From: Guillardia theta CCMP2712
Taxonomy: Eukaryota > Protista > Cryptophyta
NCBI RefSeq assembly: GCF_000315625.1
Contig: NW_005434656.1
Coordinates: 1-64,000 of the forward strand
Direction of reading: 5' to 3'
DNA: 64,000 bases
In this document: positions 21,339-35,171 of the stretch, piece by piece
How positions within the stretch are numbered: the first letter of the stretch is position 1
Layout: each line of letters starts with the position of its first letter
The notes under the pieces: model-generated
What the model was told of the DNA's origin: nothing
Database searches by the model: none
What the model saw: the letters and a program-made list of their open reading frames with translations, nothing else
Translations under genes and position numbers: made by a program

Positions 21339-22085
21339 ATGGTCTTCTTTTCTATCGCGCTGTTCATTATGAATGTAGCCCTGATCGCCATTTCAGTAAG
21401 CTTCCTTTTTTCTTGCTTCAATTTCCTTACCTTTTGCGATTCTACCTTGACACCAGATCATGAAGATCTTGAAGTACGCCGAGTTGCAGGTGGCTTCACA
21501 ACAGCAACATCTGAATTTTTGAACCATCATTCTACAGGAAGATCATCTAAATCCAACTGATTTCGCAAAATCCATGAACAGCATGGCTAAGTTCGAATTG
21601 ATGTGTCAGGTATACCCCCTTTGCTATTCTTTGTCTGTGCTCACAATCTATTGCAGGCTGCATTTTCTGCGGCGATTCTGGTTTATTTTGCGCTCGACCC
21701 AGCTCGTGGATTGTACCTCAAACTGATTATGATTGGTGTCAACGCTGGTTACTTGTTCTTCTTGTTCGCAAGGTTGCATCTTGTTCAAAGCTATTACTGT
21801 GCATGTCCTACACAGTCTCATCTTCGGTCTGTTTATGCTTTATTTGACTTCATAACCGAGCAGATACTCTTCAAAGCGCTATCTGGTTGATCCTGCAAAA
21901 GTTTGGATGCAAAGCTTCAAGAATGAAATGCAGGTAGCTTGTGATCTCACACATTCGTTGTTTGATTCGGGTTTGCTTTGAATGGTTGACTTTAGCGAAC
22001 GATGATGACTTCAGTTGCGTTGACTGTCGTTTCATTCCTCCTCTGCATGTTCAATCTGATCCGGGAAGTAACCACAGTAGGGTAA
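21339..22085 (+). CDS. Cornichon/Erv14-like small membrane protein
   Basis: N-terminal TM, SNPTDFAKSMNSMAKFE (cf. INPxD), KRYLVDPAKVW (cf. LxDPTEIF), C-terminal TM. Confidence 0.55.
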
Positions 22086-22517
22086 CGATTGACGGTGGTG
22101 ACACACGGAGGGGAAGGTTTAAATTTTACAAATGAATGCTTCAAAAGGCTATACAATCCCACTTTCCCTCGGCACGAATTCAATTCCTGTTTGAGATGAC
22201 TTGCGTTCAAAGAAAAAGTCAATGTCATCCATCACAACGCTTCGCATTTACCGAGTTGCACGAAATCAGCCTTGCAGGCGGCCTTTTCACAAACGGACAT
22301 AACATTGCTTTCAAATCGTGCAGCTTGTGATAATCTGGAAACCCTACACCAACCCACACCAACCATCTAAACTGAACCAAAAATCTAAACCTTACAATGC
22401 ACCGTCTGATTAGATCAAACATGACGGGCAAAGCACATGATTTGAGAATCAACCTTGCGTTCTCCTGTCGAAGGTTTATTTTCGAAACTATATTCTATCA
22501 CCCCAGATTCACAAGTT

Positions 22518-23353
22518 TTACTGTGCAGCCCTCTTCTTCTGGCTCTTTGCAACTCCGCCTTCACGGAAACCATTCTTGAACCTCCTGGGGAGAGTCTTGA
22601 GGTGTCGGCAGCGTCCAGTACCAGTGGTCCTGCGGCGTTGAGCCTTGGTAGCCCAGTTGTCTGCATCAAGGTGAGATGATTGTCCAACACAGAAACACAC
22701 CAATACATTTGCGCATGTGTTTGAAGGATATCCGCAGGCACCACAAGTGGACTTCTGGATATGATAGGCGGAGCGGCCACAACGTCTGCACAAGGTGTGC
22801 GTCTTGTTGTGGCGCTTACCGAAGCTTGCCGTACCCTTACCTACAACCTAAAAGGGAAATGAGTTTCATGTCCTCAAGAATCCATCGATTATGAGTTTGT
22901 GCACAAGTTAGTAAGATATTGTCTCGAATTAACAAGAAACACAACATAGACATCGAGCTTGCATTACGTCAAGAGTTATCACGTCAAGAAATCTTCACGA
23001 GACGCTTCTACGCTTTTAGCCAAATACAATGCAACAGCTCTGCTCGCAAGATTCTCCACGATGAAATTAAGAAAATGTCAAACGAATCATTATAATTCCA
23101 GAGTACAAGCTCGAGGAGATAATGTTAAGGATAGAGAACATAGATAGATTCCCACCAGCCGACCTCAACACTACTGCACTAGCGAATAATAACATCCACC
23201 TCACATAGACTAGGCATCGGAAGTGAAACTTTCACACTCATGAACGCAAGAAAGAATGTCCCAAGAATGGTCATGCATTTTGTCATCGCCTCAAGCATCA
23301 AAGACAGCATTCATCGTCAATCTTCCAGCACGCGCTGCACATGTGCTTACCAT
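22518..23353 (-). CDS. RPL37: 60S ribosomal protein L37 (eL37)
   Basis: [39 protein letters not shown]...[20 protein letters not shown]; probable ATG-only first exon at 23351-23353. Confidence 0.97.
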
Positions 23354-23767
23354 TGCCGGTCCTCAGGAGCACTCCTATCGGCACGAGGCAGCCCAAAAAA
23401 AGAATTTTCCGTTACCCACCACATACTTCCAGTAACCACCGAGAAAAACTTCTCCACCTGAGTCCGGCAGGCCTGGCCGGGCCTTCCGGCCGACAGGCCC
23501 CGGGCAGGCGAGGTTGCTCAAGTCGGTGGGGGATGAGGGACAGGAAAATGCGACCAGCACTGCATGAGAGGAGTGTGGATGCGACATGCAGCATGCAAGG
23601 AGAGCAGGAGGATGAGAGAAAAGATGTGCATGCTATGGAGAGACAGAGAGGACAAGGAGAGTCGGTACACGTTCATAGGGCTGAATATCAAGTCTAGCTT
23701 CTATCACGATCAATCCATCAGCCCGCAATTCTCGCTTGCCCAAGTCTCGTGTGGTGGTACCTGAACT

Positions 23768-26700
23768 ATGGTGCAGGAGTCTGAAGTGAGAGATGCAAGT
23801 GTCTCAGATTACTGGTTTCCAGGGAACATGCACATGCATTCACGGTAACTTGTCCAGCGAGAGAACATTTGAAGTCTGAAGAAATCAGAATGGGACTTTG
23901 GACGAAAATCAAGTTTCGATTTTATGTGTTGATCGCTTTAGTCACAGAGCCCGGATTTCTTGATGCAAATATAGCGGGAAACGTCGACACGAGTCTCTCT
24001 CCAAATCTTCTGGTGCTGTTCATGTGTTGTTGACTGCAACTTCCTGCATTTCTCGTGACAACTCTTTATGGCCGAAGTGAGAGGATTCTGACACCTCATC
24101 AGGGCACAAGATTCATTTGGCCTGATGTTTGGTCCGAAAGTCCGACAGGCTGCTTTCAAAAACTTACTTATTCAGAACGATCGTGTGCTCCTGCTTGCAT
24201 TCGGCTGCGGGGTGGTAGTAAAAGCATTGCGAATGTGGCTGGTTGGTTCGATTGCAGTTCTGGATTATGGAGCTCGTGCTTCAACCGAGTATTTTTATCC
24301 TTCTTGCTCTGGAGACTTGCTGACATCATGAACCAGATTAGAATATGTGTTTCATCCTGGAGGCGCGCAGAAAGCAAGAACAATAAGATTGTACTTGTAG
24401 CCTTTTAGATGTAAGTCACTTATGTCTCATGCAGCAACCTCCAGCACATTCAACGTCTCTAGATTCAATTGAGGTGCAGAGTGATCAAGTATTATGATAC
24501 AGAAATCGACTTGCACTGATGAATGCTTCGTAGCAAACCAAATTGTCAGGGCCATTGCACTCATTTTCTTTGGGCGACTTGAATGAGATGGACGGAATGG
24601 TTGATCTCTTGCAACTCAGTGATGTAATGTTGAGAAGCTCCATTTCTTGCGTAAAAGCAGGGAGATGAAGAAAATCGCAAACCGCTTTTCACCACCAAAG
24701 CCCACACATCTGGAAAGGTAGACTTAGCGTTTCCTACAATCTGAACCAACTTGTACCACTAGGTCCCCGAGTACGAAGTTCTCCTGGATTGCTTGCCTAA
24801 CGGAGTGACACCTGAAAAAGTTCAGGTGCTATATCGACCTTAGATTTCCTATGGGGTTTTCCTGTTCCTGATCGAACTTTGCTTTAGGTTGTTCTTCACC
24901 GGAAATATTGCAGAACTCGTCATCCAGATGTAGAGAAAGGTATGAACATGACGTATCCTTTGAGTCAAAGATCTGAGCGTGTCTTAATGGAAGGAATCGA
25001 AGATCAATGGCAGAGCCTGACGACAAAAGAGCCTCGCCTTTGGTGGTAAAGACTGCTGTTATGTTGATCGATCTTCGGTGAATTGTTGTGGATGGAAGGT
25101 ACGACGGCACTTTGTTCCGGCTAGCTTCTGCTCAGAGGTGATGATTGTCCGCATAGATATGTCCCAAACACAGCTTTGATCGTTTGAAGCTGTGTACTGA
25201 TTACAGTTGTGCCAGGTGGAAGGATATTGACGGATCGCAAGAAGTAAACATGTCTTCTATTCCTGTTCTGTCTGACACGAGCAGGTGAAACTCGAATGTG
25301 GAGTAACTCGCTATCGAAGCTTCTTGGGCACCAACATGTCACCTAACTGGTCTACTTCACCGTAGTTTTCAATCCCTTCAGCTTCTCATGTTCTGGTTCA
25401 GGGCAAAAATTCCGGAAGTGCACATGTCGGATCCTTTGAGTTGTTTTGTACGCCTATTTGTCCTTTAGGGAGTGGTTCTGATGCTGCTGACTAGGTGTTG
25501 GTACATTCCTCCGACGACCAGGTCATGTTTGTACAGCGCAAGGATCCAATTCTTGGTTCCAGGTGGACTTCTTTTCCTACTATCAATCGTGAACCGTCAA
25601 TCTACAGCATTTCACTTCCTGGAGGACATCTCAGTGCTGATCGAGCAGGAATCTTTGACTCCATGGTTGAGGTTTTACAACCGATCTTCTCATTCTTCAG
25701 ATATCTGACATTCATTTAGGTGCCCATCCCTGGATACATAGGGCACGAAATTATCTGCATGCTCGATTATTCTATCTGGCCAGGCAAAAACCTTGCTGCC
25801 ATGGCATTGTCTTGTTTGCGACTGCTGCTCTGCCTCTTGTTCACTTTGCCATGTCCAAGAAGCACTTCTTGTGCATCTTGTCTCTCTACTCCATCTTTGC
25901 TGAAATGAATTCTAACTCAGGAAGTGAAAAGTGGAAACCGTCGATGAGAAATGGAGTTGAAAGCCCACGACCGTATTCGAAAGTGATCACCGAACTCTTT
26001 TCTTGCCCCTTAAGGTCTCTTCTATGCATTGCTCATGTATCTTGTATCTTCCTCCAAAGGATTCTTGACTCCCTCTCTCCATTTCCCTCGTCTGATCTCT
26101 CCCTTTGGCTATGACCTCATCGTTCTTCCTGGAAATCTCCAGCTCCCGCTTCTCTTCTTTCAGCACCTCATGATTGCGAGCAGAGAGGCGAATGGGGATC
26201 TTGGACTCAAGTCAAACGACTTCTTTGAGCTTCCCCTGATGCTGGGCATAGCCAAAGTTCGTAAATGGAGGAGATAGGTGAGTCATCCTGTAACTTTCGA
26301 TGCAGAGCTCAAGAAATCGCACGATCGCTGCTGTTTTCTATCTAGCGACGCATTTAACAGCTGAAGAGATCAAAGAGAAACACAGTCAGTCAGCACTGCC
26401 TCACTCCTGCAGGTGCATCTCCATCTCCGACAAGGTCTCAAGCACTCTCCTGTCTGTGTTTCCTCATTCTTATCGCGCTCCCCCTCTTGTGTTCAGGATG
26501 CGCTGCCAACCCTCGACCTGGACTTGCAGCCTTGTTGCAGGTGGAGCTGAGGATGTGGCAAGCTCGATCTCACTTGCACTCTTAGAGCTGCTCTGTATCT
26601 GTTTGCTCAATATTTGAGGACCCATCGAGGTACGGAAAGTTTTGCTCGTTGTTTACTGACTGCACCAAAGGAGCTCACGTGCGAAATGGGGGGGGCATAA

Positions 26701-27979
26701 CGGATCTGAAGCAAGACGGAGAGGAGATGACAAGCTTTCCGAGCAAAGGAACATACCTCCGCGAAGCCGAAGGAAGAGGGCGAAGCATGCAGAAGAATCA
26801 ATTTGCTGTTTTTAGCAACAAGAGTGAAGACCCGGGAGAAGCAGTAGTCGAGGAGGGCAGCCTGAGTGTCGCAGATGTCAGATCTCTTTCTCCGAGACAT
26901 CTCGATGCAGTGAAGTACAGCAACTTGCAGGTGAACGAATCTAATGAGTTGTGAAACTCTTTACACCTAGACAACAGTACAAATACGGGTTTCAAGACGA
27001 TTCCGAGATAGAAAAAGTTTTTCAAGAGAAGAAGGGAAAATGGCAACGAAGCCCTTACGACGATGACGATGACGATGACGATTATGCTTTCCTGCCTCGG
27101 CAATCATCGATGATGGCTCAAGAGTTCAAAGGTAATTTCAATCGTTCTGAGCTCGTGGAGGCCCTCTACTGGTGGTTGTCTGTCTATCAGGTAAGCTGCA
27201 AAATTTTCATCTAGTTGCCATTTCCATCTCATTAATCTGAGTCACTTTCTTGTCCTGGTCTCAGTTTGTTGGTGTTGATCATCAATAGTCTCTCACTACA
27301 TTTCTGCAAGGATCCTGTCGTGATCGAACGAGCTCTAGTCCAGCTGAAGCTTCATTCGCTCGTCAGCCAAGGAGAGCAGCTCTCCACTGAGCAGATGGTA
27401 GCTGTGTTAGAGGTGAGATACTGAGCTCACTCGTCGACCAACGCTCTTGACATGTTTTTTCAGCGTCGACTTGCGATTCTAGACGGACAAAATTTCGATT
27501 CTTCGGACAGTACGGAGTCCTCCTCCTCCTCCTCCTCTTCGTCTTCTTCCTCCTCTTCTCACTCCTCGCGAGCCTCGAAGTATTGGTTGGCAAGGAGCAT
27601 GCAGGTGTCTTGTGCTTCGTTCTACCCTGAGGATCTGATATGAATGTGCAGCGACAGAGAGAGCGCCAGTTGCTCACCGTGAGACAGATGCGACCTCTTC
27701 GTTCAACTCACTTTGATGCGACAGGAGATGCGCCTGAAACGAAGATTGAAAAACAAACAGAAAGAACTCGAGGTTGGTGGTTTTGATTGCTCAAGATTCC
27801 ACGACAAAGTGACTTCCCTTAGCGTAAGGAACAGCAAAAAATCGACAAGAAGGAGAGAGATCGCCGCCGTCGACAGTAAACCTATTGATCTCATTCTCAA
27901 TGCTCTAGTGGGCAAGAAAACGATTTCTCTTTGCTTCTGCTTTCAATCTCCACTTGTAAAGAAGGCTCAATCATCATAG
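23768..27979 (+). CDS. Large multi-exon hypothetical protein with hydrophobic segments (may be more than one gene)
   Basis: Continuous series of plus-strand exons with short GT-AG introns; no family recognised. Confidence 0.4.
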
Positions 27980-28737
27980 GGAAATTCTATTTTTTCATCT
28001 TCTTTGTGTTAAGAGACACAATTGTTTGCAACGTAATGCGCTTATGATAACATGGAAACACCTTCAAAAACAGCATCGATACCTGGGTTCATCTTCCGGA
28101 CCGAAATCAATGTCAAATGTGTTTGTTTCGCCTTCATGCTAATCCTATTACATCTTTCTTGTCTCGCTTTAAAGCGGCTAACACCCATCATCGGCAGCAT
28201 TTTCTCCTCATAAAATTCTTTTGAGATTCTCACTTGAATCTAGTGTTGCTGCCAAAAGCGATGGGGCCTGGCCTGATAGTCGAAGCCTTCCCTTGCCCGA
28301 TCTGATGTCAAGATCGCACACTGCAGCAGGTACCTACTTGTTTCTATTCAGAACTTGAGTCTCGGTAGCAGAGCGTTGAGCGATACAAGCAGGAGCATGT
28401 CAGCATACAGGCTCTCGTATATGCCCCTGTTCGTCAAGGTCGGCACCGAGTGATAGTATATGAGGGGTGGGGTAGTTTTGAGATGCAGTACCGGTGGTGG
28501 GGGGAGAGCGTTGCTGTTGTTGAGTACGTGATGCAGTTCAAGGCCATGAAGTAGAGGGTGATAACAATGCGAGAATGAACAATGAGGATGAGAATGAAAA
28601 CATTGAAAACGAATCAGATTGCCTCAAACGTTGAAAATGACAATGTTACGAAGCGGGATTCTTGTATATAAGAGATCTCCACGGAAATGCCAACAGCGTT
28701 GTCTACAGCAGGATTCAAGTCAGCAACGAATTGGTGA

Positions 28738-31700
28738 TTGAAGGTCATTGAGGGGTGCAGGACAATGTCCGAGATGCAATACTTAGCATCTCTCAAACGT
28801 GTGATGTCGGAAAGATCTAAGAAAGAGAAACAAATCCCTTCCGTTGCATATCAGGCCGCTGGGCGACCAGACAACATGGTGCTAGGCAGAGAGCAGGGAG
28901 TTAGGGTTTCTACTTCTTCACATTTGGCAGACCGTTACTATCCATACAGCAAGGATGCTGCTATGACTCGCAGCGGTGTAGAAGGAAAGCAGAGAAAGGC
29001 ATCTTCGAGATACAACGACAGCCTGATGTTGGTAGTTCCGATTTTGAACAAGCGAGCACACAAGTTTCTGGGTCCGGTGAGATCCGGCTATGCTGAATGC
29101 AATGCGCTGTTTGAAGACAGTTTGCGGAACCAGAACATGTCTCATTGCGATGCAATCTTAAAGTGCACAGCAGCCTTGGTCGAAGAACTCTCATATGATT
29201 CCGACCATGTGGTAAGAAGCATTCAGCTCATGAATCAAGCTCGTTTCTACTTCGCGACGGGCGAACAAGTGGAGGTACTCTCTTTTTTGTTCTTGAAGAG
29301 TGAATGACTGTGCGTTAGTGGCAGATTGGAGAGCTGCTTCAACGATCCTGCGTGTTCGCCGATTGCAGCAATGACATGTTATGCAAAGCTTGCTCTTCCT
29401 GTAACCTCGCCTTCTTTCAAAGTCTGATCAACGACCATAAAGCTGCATATGAGCACTCCAACAAAGCCATGTCATGTGCGACGGATCCCTGCTGTCTGAC
29501 TAGCGATGAGTTTGTAGACTCACAGGAGGTGAGGGGGAGAGCTGCGAGGCGTGACCTAACGCGAGCTGAAGGTGTGCTGGAGAGTAATGACAGCCGCGTC
29601 GCTGGTGCAGGGCAGAGCGTTGCTTTACTGGGGGGAGGACTTCATAGGGGTGTATGAACGGGCATGGAACTATGCAAGCAAGTTGTCAGACAAGTTTGAA
29701 GTCTTGAAGAGCAGAATGAGGGAAGAGTACCTGACTGCTCTCCGTGCTGAGTCAGCCAGAATCTCGTCGTTCAGAGCAAGGAAAAACCCTCTCCGGCAGA
29801 TTTTCTCGCACCCTTTCGACGGCTTCTTGGTGAGAATGCACAAGGAAGAGAAGAGGGAAGTTTCTCTCCCCTTGCACAGCAAGTTGGTTCTCACCTTGGC
29901 CGTCGCCAACGCCAACATACTGCAAAACGCTCAAAGGTGCCACATTGCAAGGTCAAAACTGAGAAGTTTGAAAGGAATGAATCCAAATCTCGCCTTTGCA
30001 GCAAGCAAGTTGTAAGTTTGTTTCCTCTCCTCTTCATCGTTTCTTTGACTTTCTGTCAAGACAAAATGTTTTCAGGGCTCATTTGAGCAAGCACAAGTGT
30101 CAGAATGCTTTGCTCAAGCGTAGAAGCCGTTCTGCCCTTTTTCTTCAGAAACGAGTTACTGAAAAATTGTTTGAAATGACCTTGTCGAGACGGCTTGTGC
30201 TGCAGCAACGTAACAAGTTCGGTTTCGGCAACGGTTCGCGGTTACAGCCTGGGCGACTTGTGCCAAGAAGCCTCGAACAGATGCTGCTGAATCTTTGGGA
30301 TCCGTCGGTAGAAATGCGACAGACAGAGCTTGCAAGTCTCTTCCTCATGAGCGGAATGTCTGCAAGAGACTTTCAAGAGTTTTGTGATCATGCAGCAACA
30401 CCGACACTGAAAGACAAGCGAGCCAAGAGTAATGCCGTTGACCACGCCCTTGAGCTCTTCGCTCGTACCTTGACACTCCAAGATAGAAACGCTATAAGAG
30501 AGGCTCACGCGATATTCCGCCACTCTGATACCAACGGACAAGGTGAAAGCAGTTGTCCTCGGACCGTCTTGTCCCAAACTGACCTCCCATCAGGAAGCGT
30601 CTCGTTCTTGCAATGTCGACAGGTGCTGCAGACATTTGGCTACTCAGATGGTGAGATCGAGCGGGGGATAGATGATGTTGTCAGTTGGTATGGCATTGAG
30701 AGCTTCGAGATGGTCATGCACCCTCACTTCCTCGACCTGTATGTTTCTGTCTCTTCCAACCTGGTTCATGTCAGCTCCTCTCCAAGTGACGTGCCTTCCC
30801 CACCCCTGTACGCCCCCTCGTTCCTCCTACCCTCTGCTGCCTCTGCTGCCTTTACGTTGGGAAGTGCATGGAAGGCCACTCTAGCCAGGAGAAGGTAAGG
30901 TTGAAAGGCAGCCATGTTTGAGGTTGAAAGGTACACAGGTTATGCGAGCGAATGCAAAAGCATGTCACTCGTCTGGGGCTTGGAAAGGCGTTAAGAGACC
31001 TGCCTGCAATGGTGATCCTTAAGCAAGCACCTGTTCTCGTATCATGATGCGGTGTGAACAGAGAAATGACAAGTTCATGAGGGAGTCTTGTGCGTCCACC
31101 ATCAGTCGGTCTGTTCGATCATTCCTAGCACGTGAGCAAAGGAAGGAGGCTGTTTCGTCTGCTAATGTTTGAGCAGGTAAAACTATCATGCGTCTTCGCC
31201 TTTCAAGACCGCACACGTTGCTTGTACGTCTGAAGTGGCACCAAGAAAGCGCTGCTAGCAGAATACAGAAATGGTGGATGAATCTGGGAGAGAAACAACT
31301 TTTTCTACGCAAGAGAAGAGAGAGTGAGGACAGGCAAAGATTGTGATGGTCGAGTGACTTTCGATCGCAGGATCAGCGATGCTTCTCTGCCATTTCTTCT
31401 CTTTTGTGGTGGCCAAGCAGAAGCTGCTTGACGCCAAGAGACATCATGCAGCCAGAGTTATCCAGCTCCTCGCCATTCGCGCCAGCTTCCTCCTGTCACG
31501 AACGATGGTGCGGCAAAAGTTTGCAGCTATTCGTCTTCAATCGGCGTACCGTCAGCACCTCTCGCGCAAGGACCTCACTCGCGTCGCAACAAGAAACAAG
31601 CAGGAGCGCAAACTCCGCGAGGTCGCAGAGGAGCATGCAGCTTGCCGTATCTCGTCAGCATGGCGATGCAGAAGAAGCCGGAAAGAGAAACGGGAGCTCG

Positions 31701-32212
31701 AGCAAGAAAATGCCGCTCGTTCACTTGCCAGGCAGTGGCAAATCCACAAGTCAAAGATGCAACTGCTGCAACTGCAGCGGGATCAGCGGATGAGCAGAGA
31801 AAATGGACGCGCGCGAGACTTGCAGGGCGCCTGGCGGTCGCACGTTGCGAGGAGAAGATTCGCGAAAGCACAAGAGCACAGACAGCTGATGCAGAGAGCC
31901 GCGGAGACGCTGCAAGCGAGGTTCCGATCAGCGCGTGCTCGCACAAGGCTGGTGCGAAGGTTGGAAGGCACAGAAGCAGCGACGAGGATCCAGCAGAACT
32001 TTCGCTGCCATGGGAGGAGGCGAATAGCCGCCAAGATGAAAGCAGCGATGGAGATGGTGTGGAGGTTTAGGATGCAACAAGCAAGACGACAGCTGATGAG
32101 CATGTATCTCGACGACCTCATCCTTCACCTCGCTGACTCTCTCCGCGTCCCTCAACAGTCAGTCTGCTTGCATTGCCTGATGACTCTCGCACATAGCAGA
32201 GGAGAAGATTGA
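28738..32212 (+). CDS. Helical-repeat + EF-hand-like + multiple IQ-motif protein (5' end uncertain)
   Basis: IQ motifs AAIRLQSAYRQHLSR, AETLQARFRSARAR, ATRIQQNFRCHGRR, ASRIQKWW; EF-like IFRHSDTNGQG. Confidence 0.7.
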
Positions 32213-33011
32213 GAGTGAGTTCGGCATTGTTGTACATATACATATCATGTTGTAGTATCTAAAAAGTACAGACGATTCAAGCATTGCGCCCCTAAGCACC
32301 ATCGAACTGTGCCGGCTCTCGGCTCAAGCGGGACTCTACAAAGATCATGTACCTCTCAAGCTTTGTCAGCTTCTCCCCCATCCTCGCGAGTCTGAACTTG
32401 GCTGATTCCTCTGCTCGAGCGTCAGCCGACCTGAGTGACCTCCTCCGACCTCACCGAACACATTGATCACATGCGAACACTCCAGCAGCTTGTGCTGCAC
32501 CGCGTTGTGAAAATTGTCCTCCTCCCACATCTTTCCCATGCTCATCTGTGATAGGTCACAAGGCGAAGTTTGCTACAGCCTGACGCTGACTCTCCCTCTT
32601 GTCCCTGTTTCATCATTTTCATGTCACCGCAATCGATGCACACACATGCACCCTCCTTCCTCCTTGCAGCACCTAAACCCTATTCTCCACGCCCCCCTCT
32701 CCTCTCTTCGCATCCAACCATCCTTTCCTCTTCCCTTGTCCTTCCCTCGCCCCCCGCCCTCCCCAACCATTTCGCACACCATTCCCCTTCACTCAGCCTG
32801 GCCCTCCGCCTCACTAGTGGAGGCGCAAACCACAGATGCGAATAGGATTCGGGCATGCGATGCCTACCAGCAAGGGTGGGGGGGGGGGGGTGGGGCAGGA
32901 GGCGAGGAGCTTGGGGAGAAGTATTGCTTGGGTCTATGTGTGCCCGCGATGGTGGCGGGAGGATAGGTGATTGAGAAGGAGAGGGAGGGCGGGATGAGAG
33001 AGAAAGCCAGG

Positions 33012-33080
33012 AAGAGAGGGAGAGGGTGAGGGAGAGGGAGAGGGTGAGGGTGACGGTGACGGTGAGGGTGAGGGTGAGGG
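33012..33080. repeat. Hexamer microsatellite (GAGGGA/GAGGGT)n
   Basis: Direct reading. Confidence 0.9.
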
Positions 33081-33166
33081 ATGGGTGTACATGGGGAGAT
33101 GGATGAGTTTGAGCATATATCTACCGTATGGTGCCAAGTCTAATTGTTGGATCAGAGCTCTTCGTC

Positions 33167-34595
33167 ATGCCGGCTCATCTCAAAGTTTTTGCTTTCCTGC
33201 TCCTTGTCTGCCATGCAGGCTGCTCAGCTCCTCTCCCGAACGAAGGGCTCAAGCAACGTGAGAGGACATGCTTGTGGGGAATGACGATGCTCATCTGCTT
33301 GCAGCCTCCATGGAGGAAATTTTCGACGAGAACAGAAATGCGAGGCCTGAGTTCAGCGAGATGATGGGGTCAACAGGACACCCTCTCAGGTTCCTCCCTG
33401 TCAACAGCTCGAGAGCCAGGCAAGCAGGACCGAGCCTTGCTCGTGTCTCACGTGCTCACCAGGTTCTATACCTGCCCCTACGCCTTCATTGCCGCGGGTC
33501 CAGGTTTGGGCATGGGCAAAGACCGACAGGCGCTGCGAGCGGCGAGAGTTTGTGGCTTGAAGATGAAGGAAAATCATGGGAAGGCCTCCGAGTCGACGCG
33601 TCCGACATCTCGACGAGCGATACTCGGGTGTGGCCTCGCGCTCTTGCTGGCAGGAGGAAGAGATGCTCTTGCTCTGCCTGACCAGACGTTGGTGAGGAGA
33701 GGAGAGGAGAGGAGGCAATGATTCCCCTGACGTCCTGCAAGCTGCAGGGGAGGCCGACTGAGTTGAGAGACAAGGAGTCATGCTTCATGTGGAATGGCGA
33801 GAAGAAGTAGCCTGAGCTTGAGATGACGCACCGAAATAACCTAGTACAGATGCACCTCATGCGTCAAGGCATGCGAAGAGTACAAGAAGACATTCAAGAA
33901 CCTTGACTGCACCAAGTGAGGTTGTGTGATCGAGTCCAGACCGTAAGGCTGGCACAGGCAATGCACTGTTGAGTATGGTTCAGCCAAACCGACGGATGAG
34001 GTCTGGTCTGTTTTTTGTTTCTCCTCCAGCTCCTCATGCTCCCCTACTGCTTTCCTCACCTCTCATCTTGTCGCAGGAAAGCATCAGCTTCAATGACTTC
34101 GTCGACCGCGTCAACGCGGTTCGTCCACATATTTGTGCTCTAGCCCTCTCACCACGTGCAGGGCTCAATAACGCGAGTAGACTTCTATGGACCCAACGGG
34201 GACAAGGTAAGAAGAGCAGGTGACATCGTTTCCGCTCTAGCAAAACTAGCGTGACAGGCCTACGCTGTCCTCTCCTCCGGTCAGTCGATTCGGATCGGCG
34301 AAGGCTTTCCCATCGGTCAGCGACGTGCATGTTGTCGTTGCGAATGCTGAATGATGAGACAGAGGTGGGTAACGAACAAAGTTCGCCGCTGCAGGTGAGA
34401 TGAGTCGATAAATTCCATCGTCTAAACTCTCGTCAGGTTGCGAGACTCCTCGCGCAGAAGCAGATCCCCTACAAGTTTCACTTCCTTGACAACTTCAAGT
34501 ATGACCCGAGCGAGACACGGCTTTCCGCTGACCTGGCCTTAGGTACCAACGTCAAGGATCTTTCTAGGGAACGCAGATCAGAGCTGCTAACATAG
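33167..34595 (+). CDS. Predicted thylakoid-lumen protein with FtsH lumenal-domain-like region
   Basis: Signal peptide, YAF transit start, twin-Arg SRRAILGCGLALLLAGGRDALA|L; mature ISFNDFVDRVNAGSITRVDFYG...LLAQKQIPY. Confidence 0.6.
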
Positions 34596-34662
34596 CGAGT
34601 GCGATCTTGGAGTGAGTGAAGGAGAGCATTTGAGGAGAATTTATTGGCGCACTTGCATGCTC

Positions 34663-35171
34663 TCATGCGTTCATGTAAAACGCAAAAACGTCGACAGTCA
34701 CCAGGACAGCGCAAAGACCCGCAGCCCATGCAGGCCCGTACATGTAGAAGACAAACCCCGTGACAAAAATCGTGACGATGGGGCCAGGGATGATCCAACT
34801 TGCCTGCAGCAACGTGAGCACAGGATTAGAACGCAGCTCGATGTTCTCACCCAATCCGATGTCTTCCAGTGAGACTTGTCCCATCCCACCACAAACGACG
34901 CGTCTGGGTCGATCTTAGCAGAGTCTTCATCCGCTTCAACATGCGCTATGTTGTCGATCATGTCGGTAACATTCTCCGTTGCCGTTCCGTTCTGACCCAG
35001 AGAGATGGGAAATCCCTCGCTGTCATGGAGTTTGAGCCCATGCCCAGCAGCTGAAACCTTGACGCAGATAATCATGACAAGAGCCACAGCAGAAATGACG
35101 GCAGTGGCCCTGCTTGACAACTTCCTTGTACGCCTTGCAAAGCTCTGAATCAACGGAGGGTTAGTAGACAT
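34663..35171 (-). CDS. Small membrane protein (N-terminal anchor, C-terminal TM hairpin)
   Basis: Two exons: MSTNPP...WKTSDW and ASWIIPGPIVTIFVTGFVFYMYG...FYMNA*. Confidence 0.6.
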
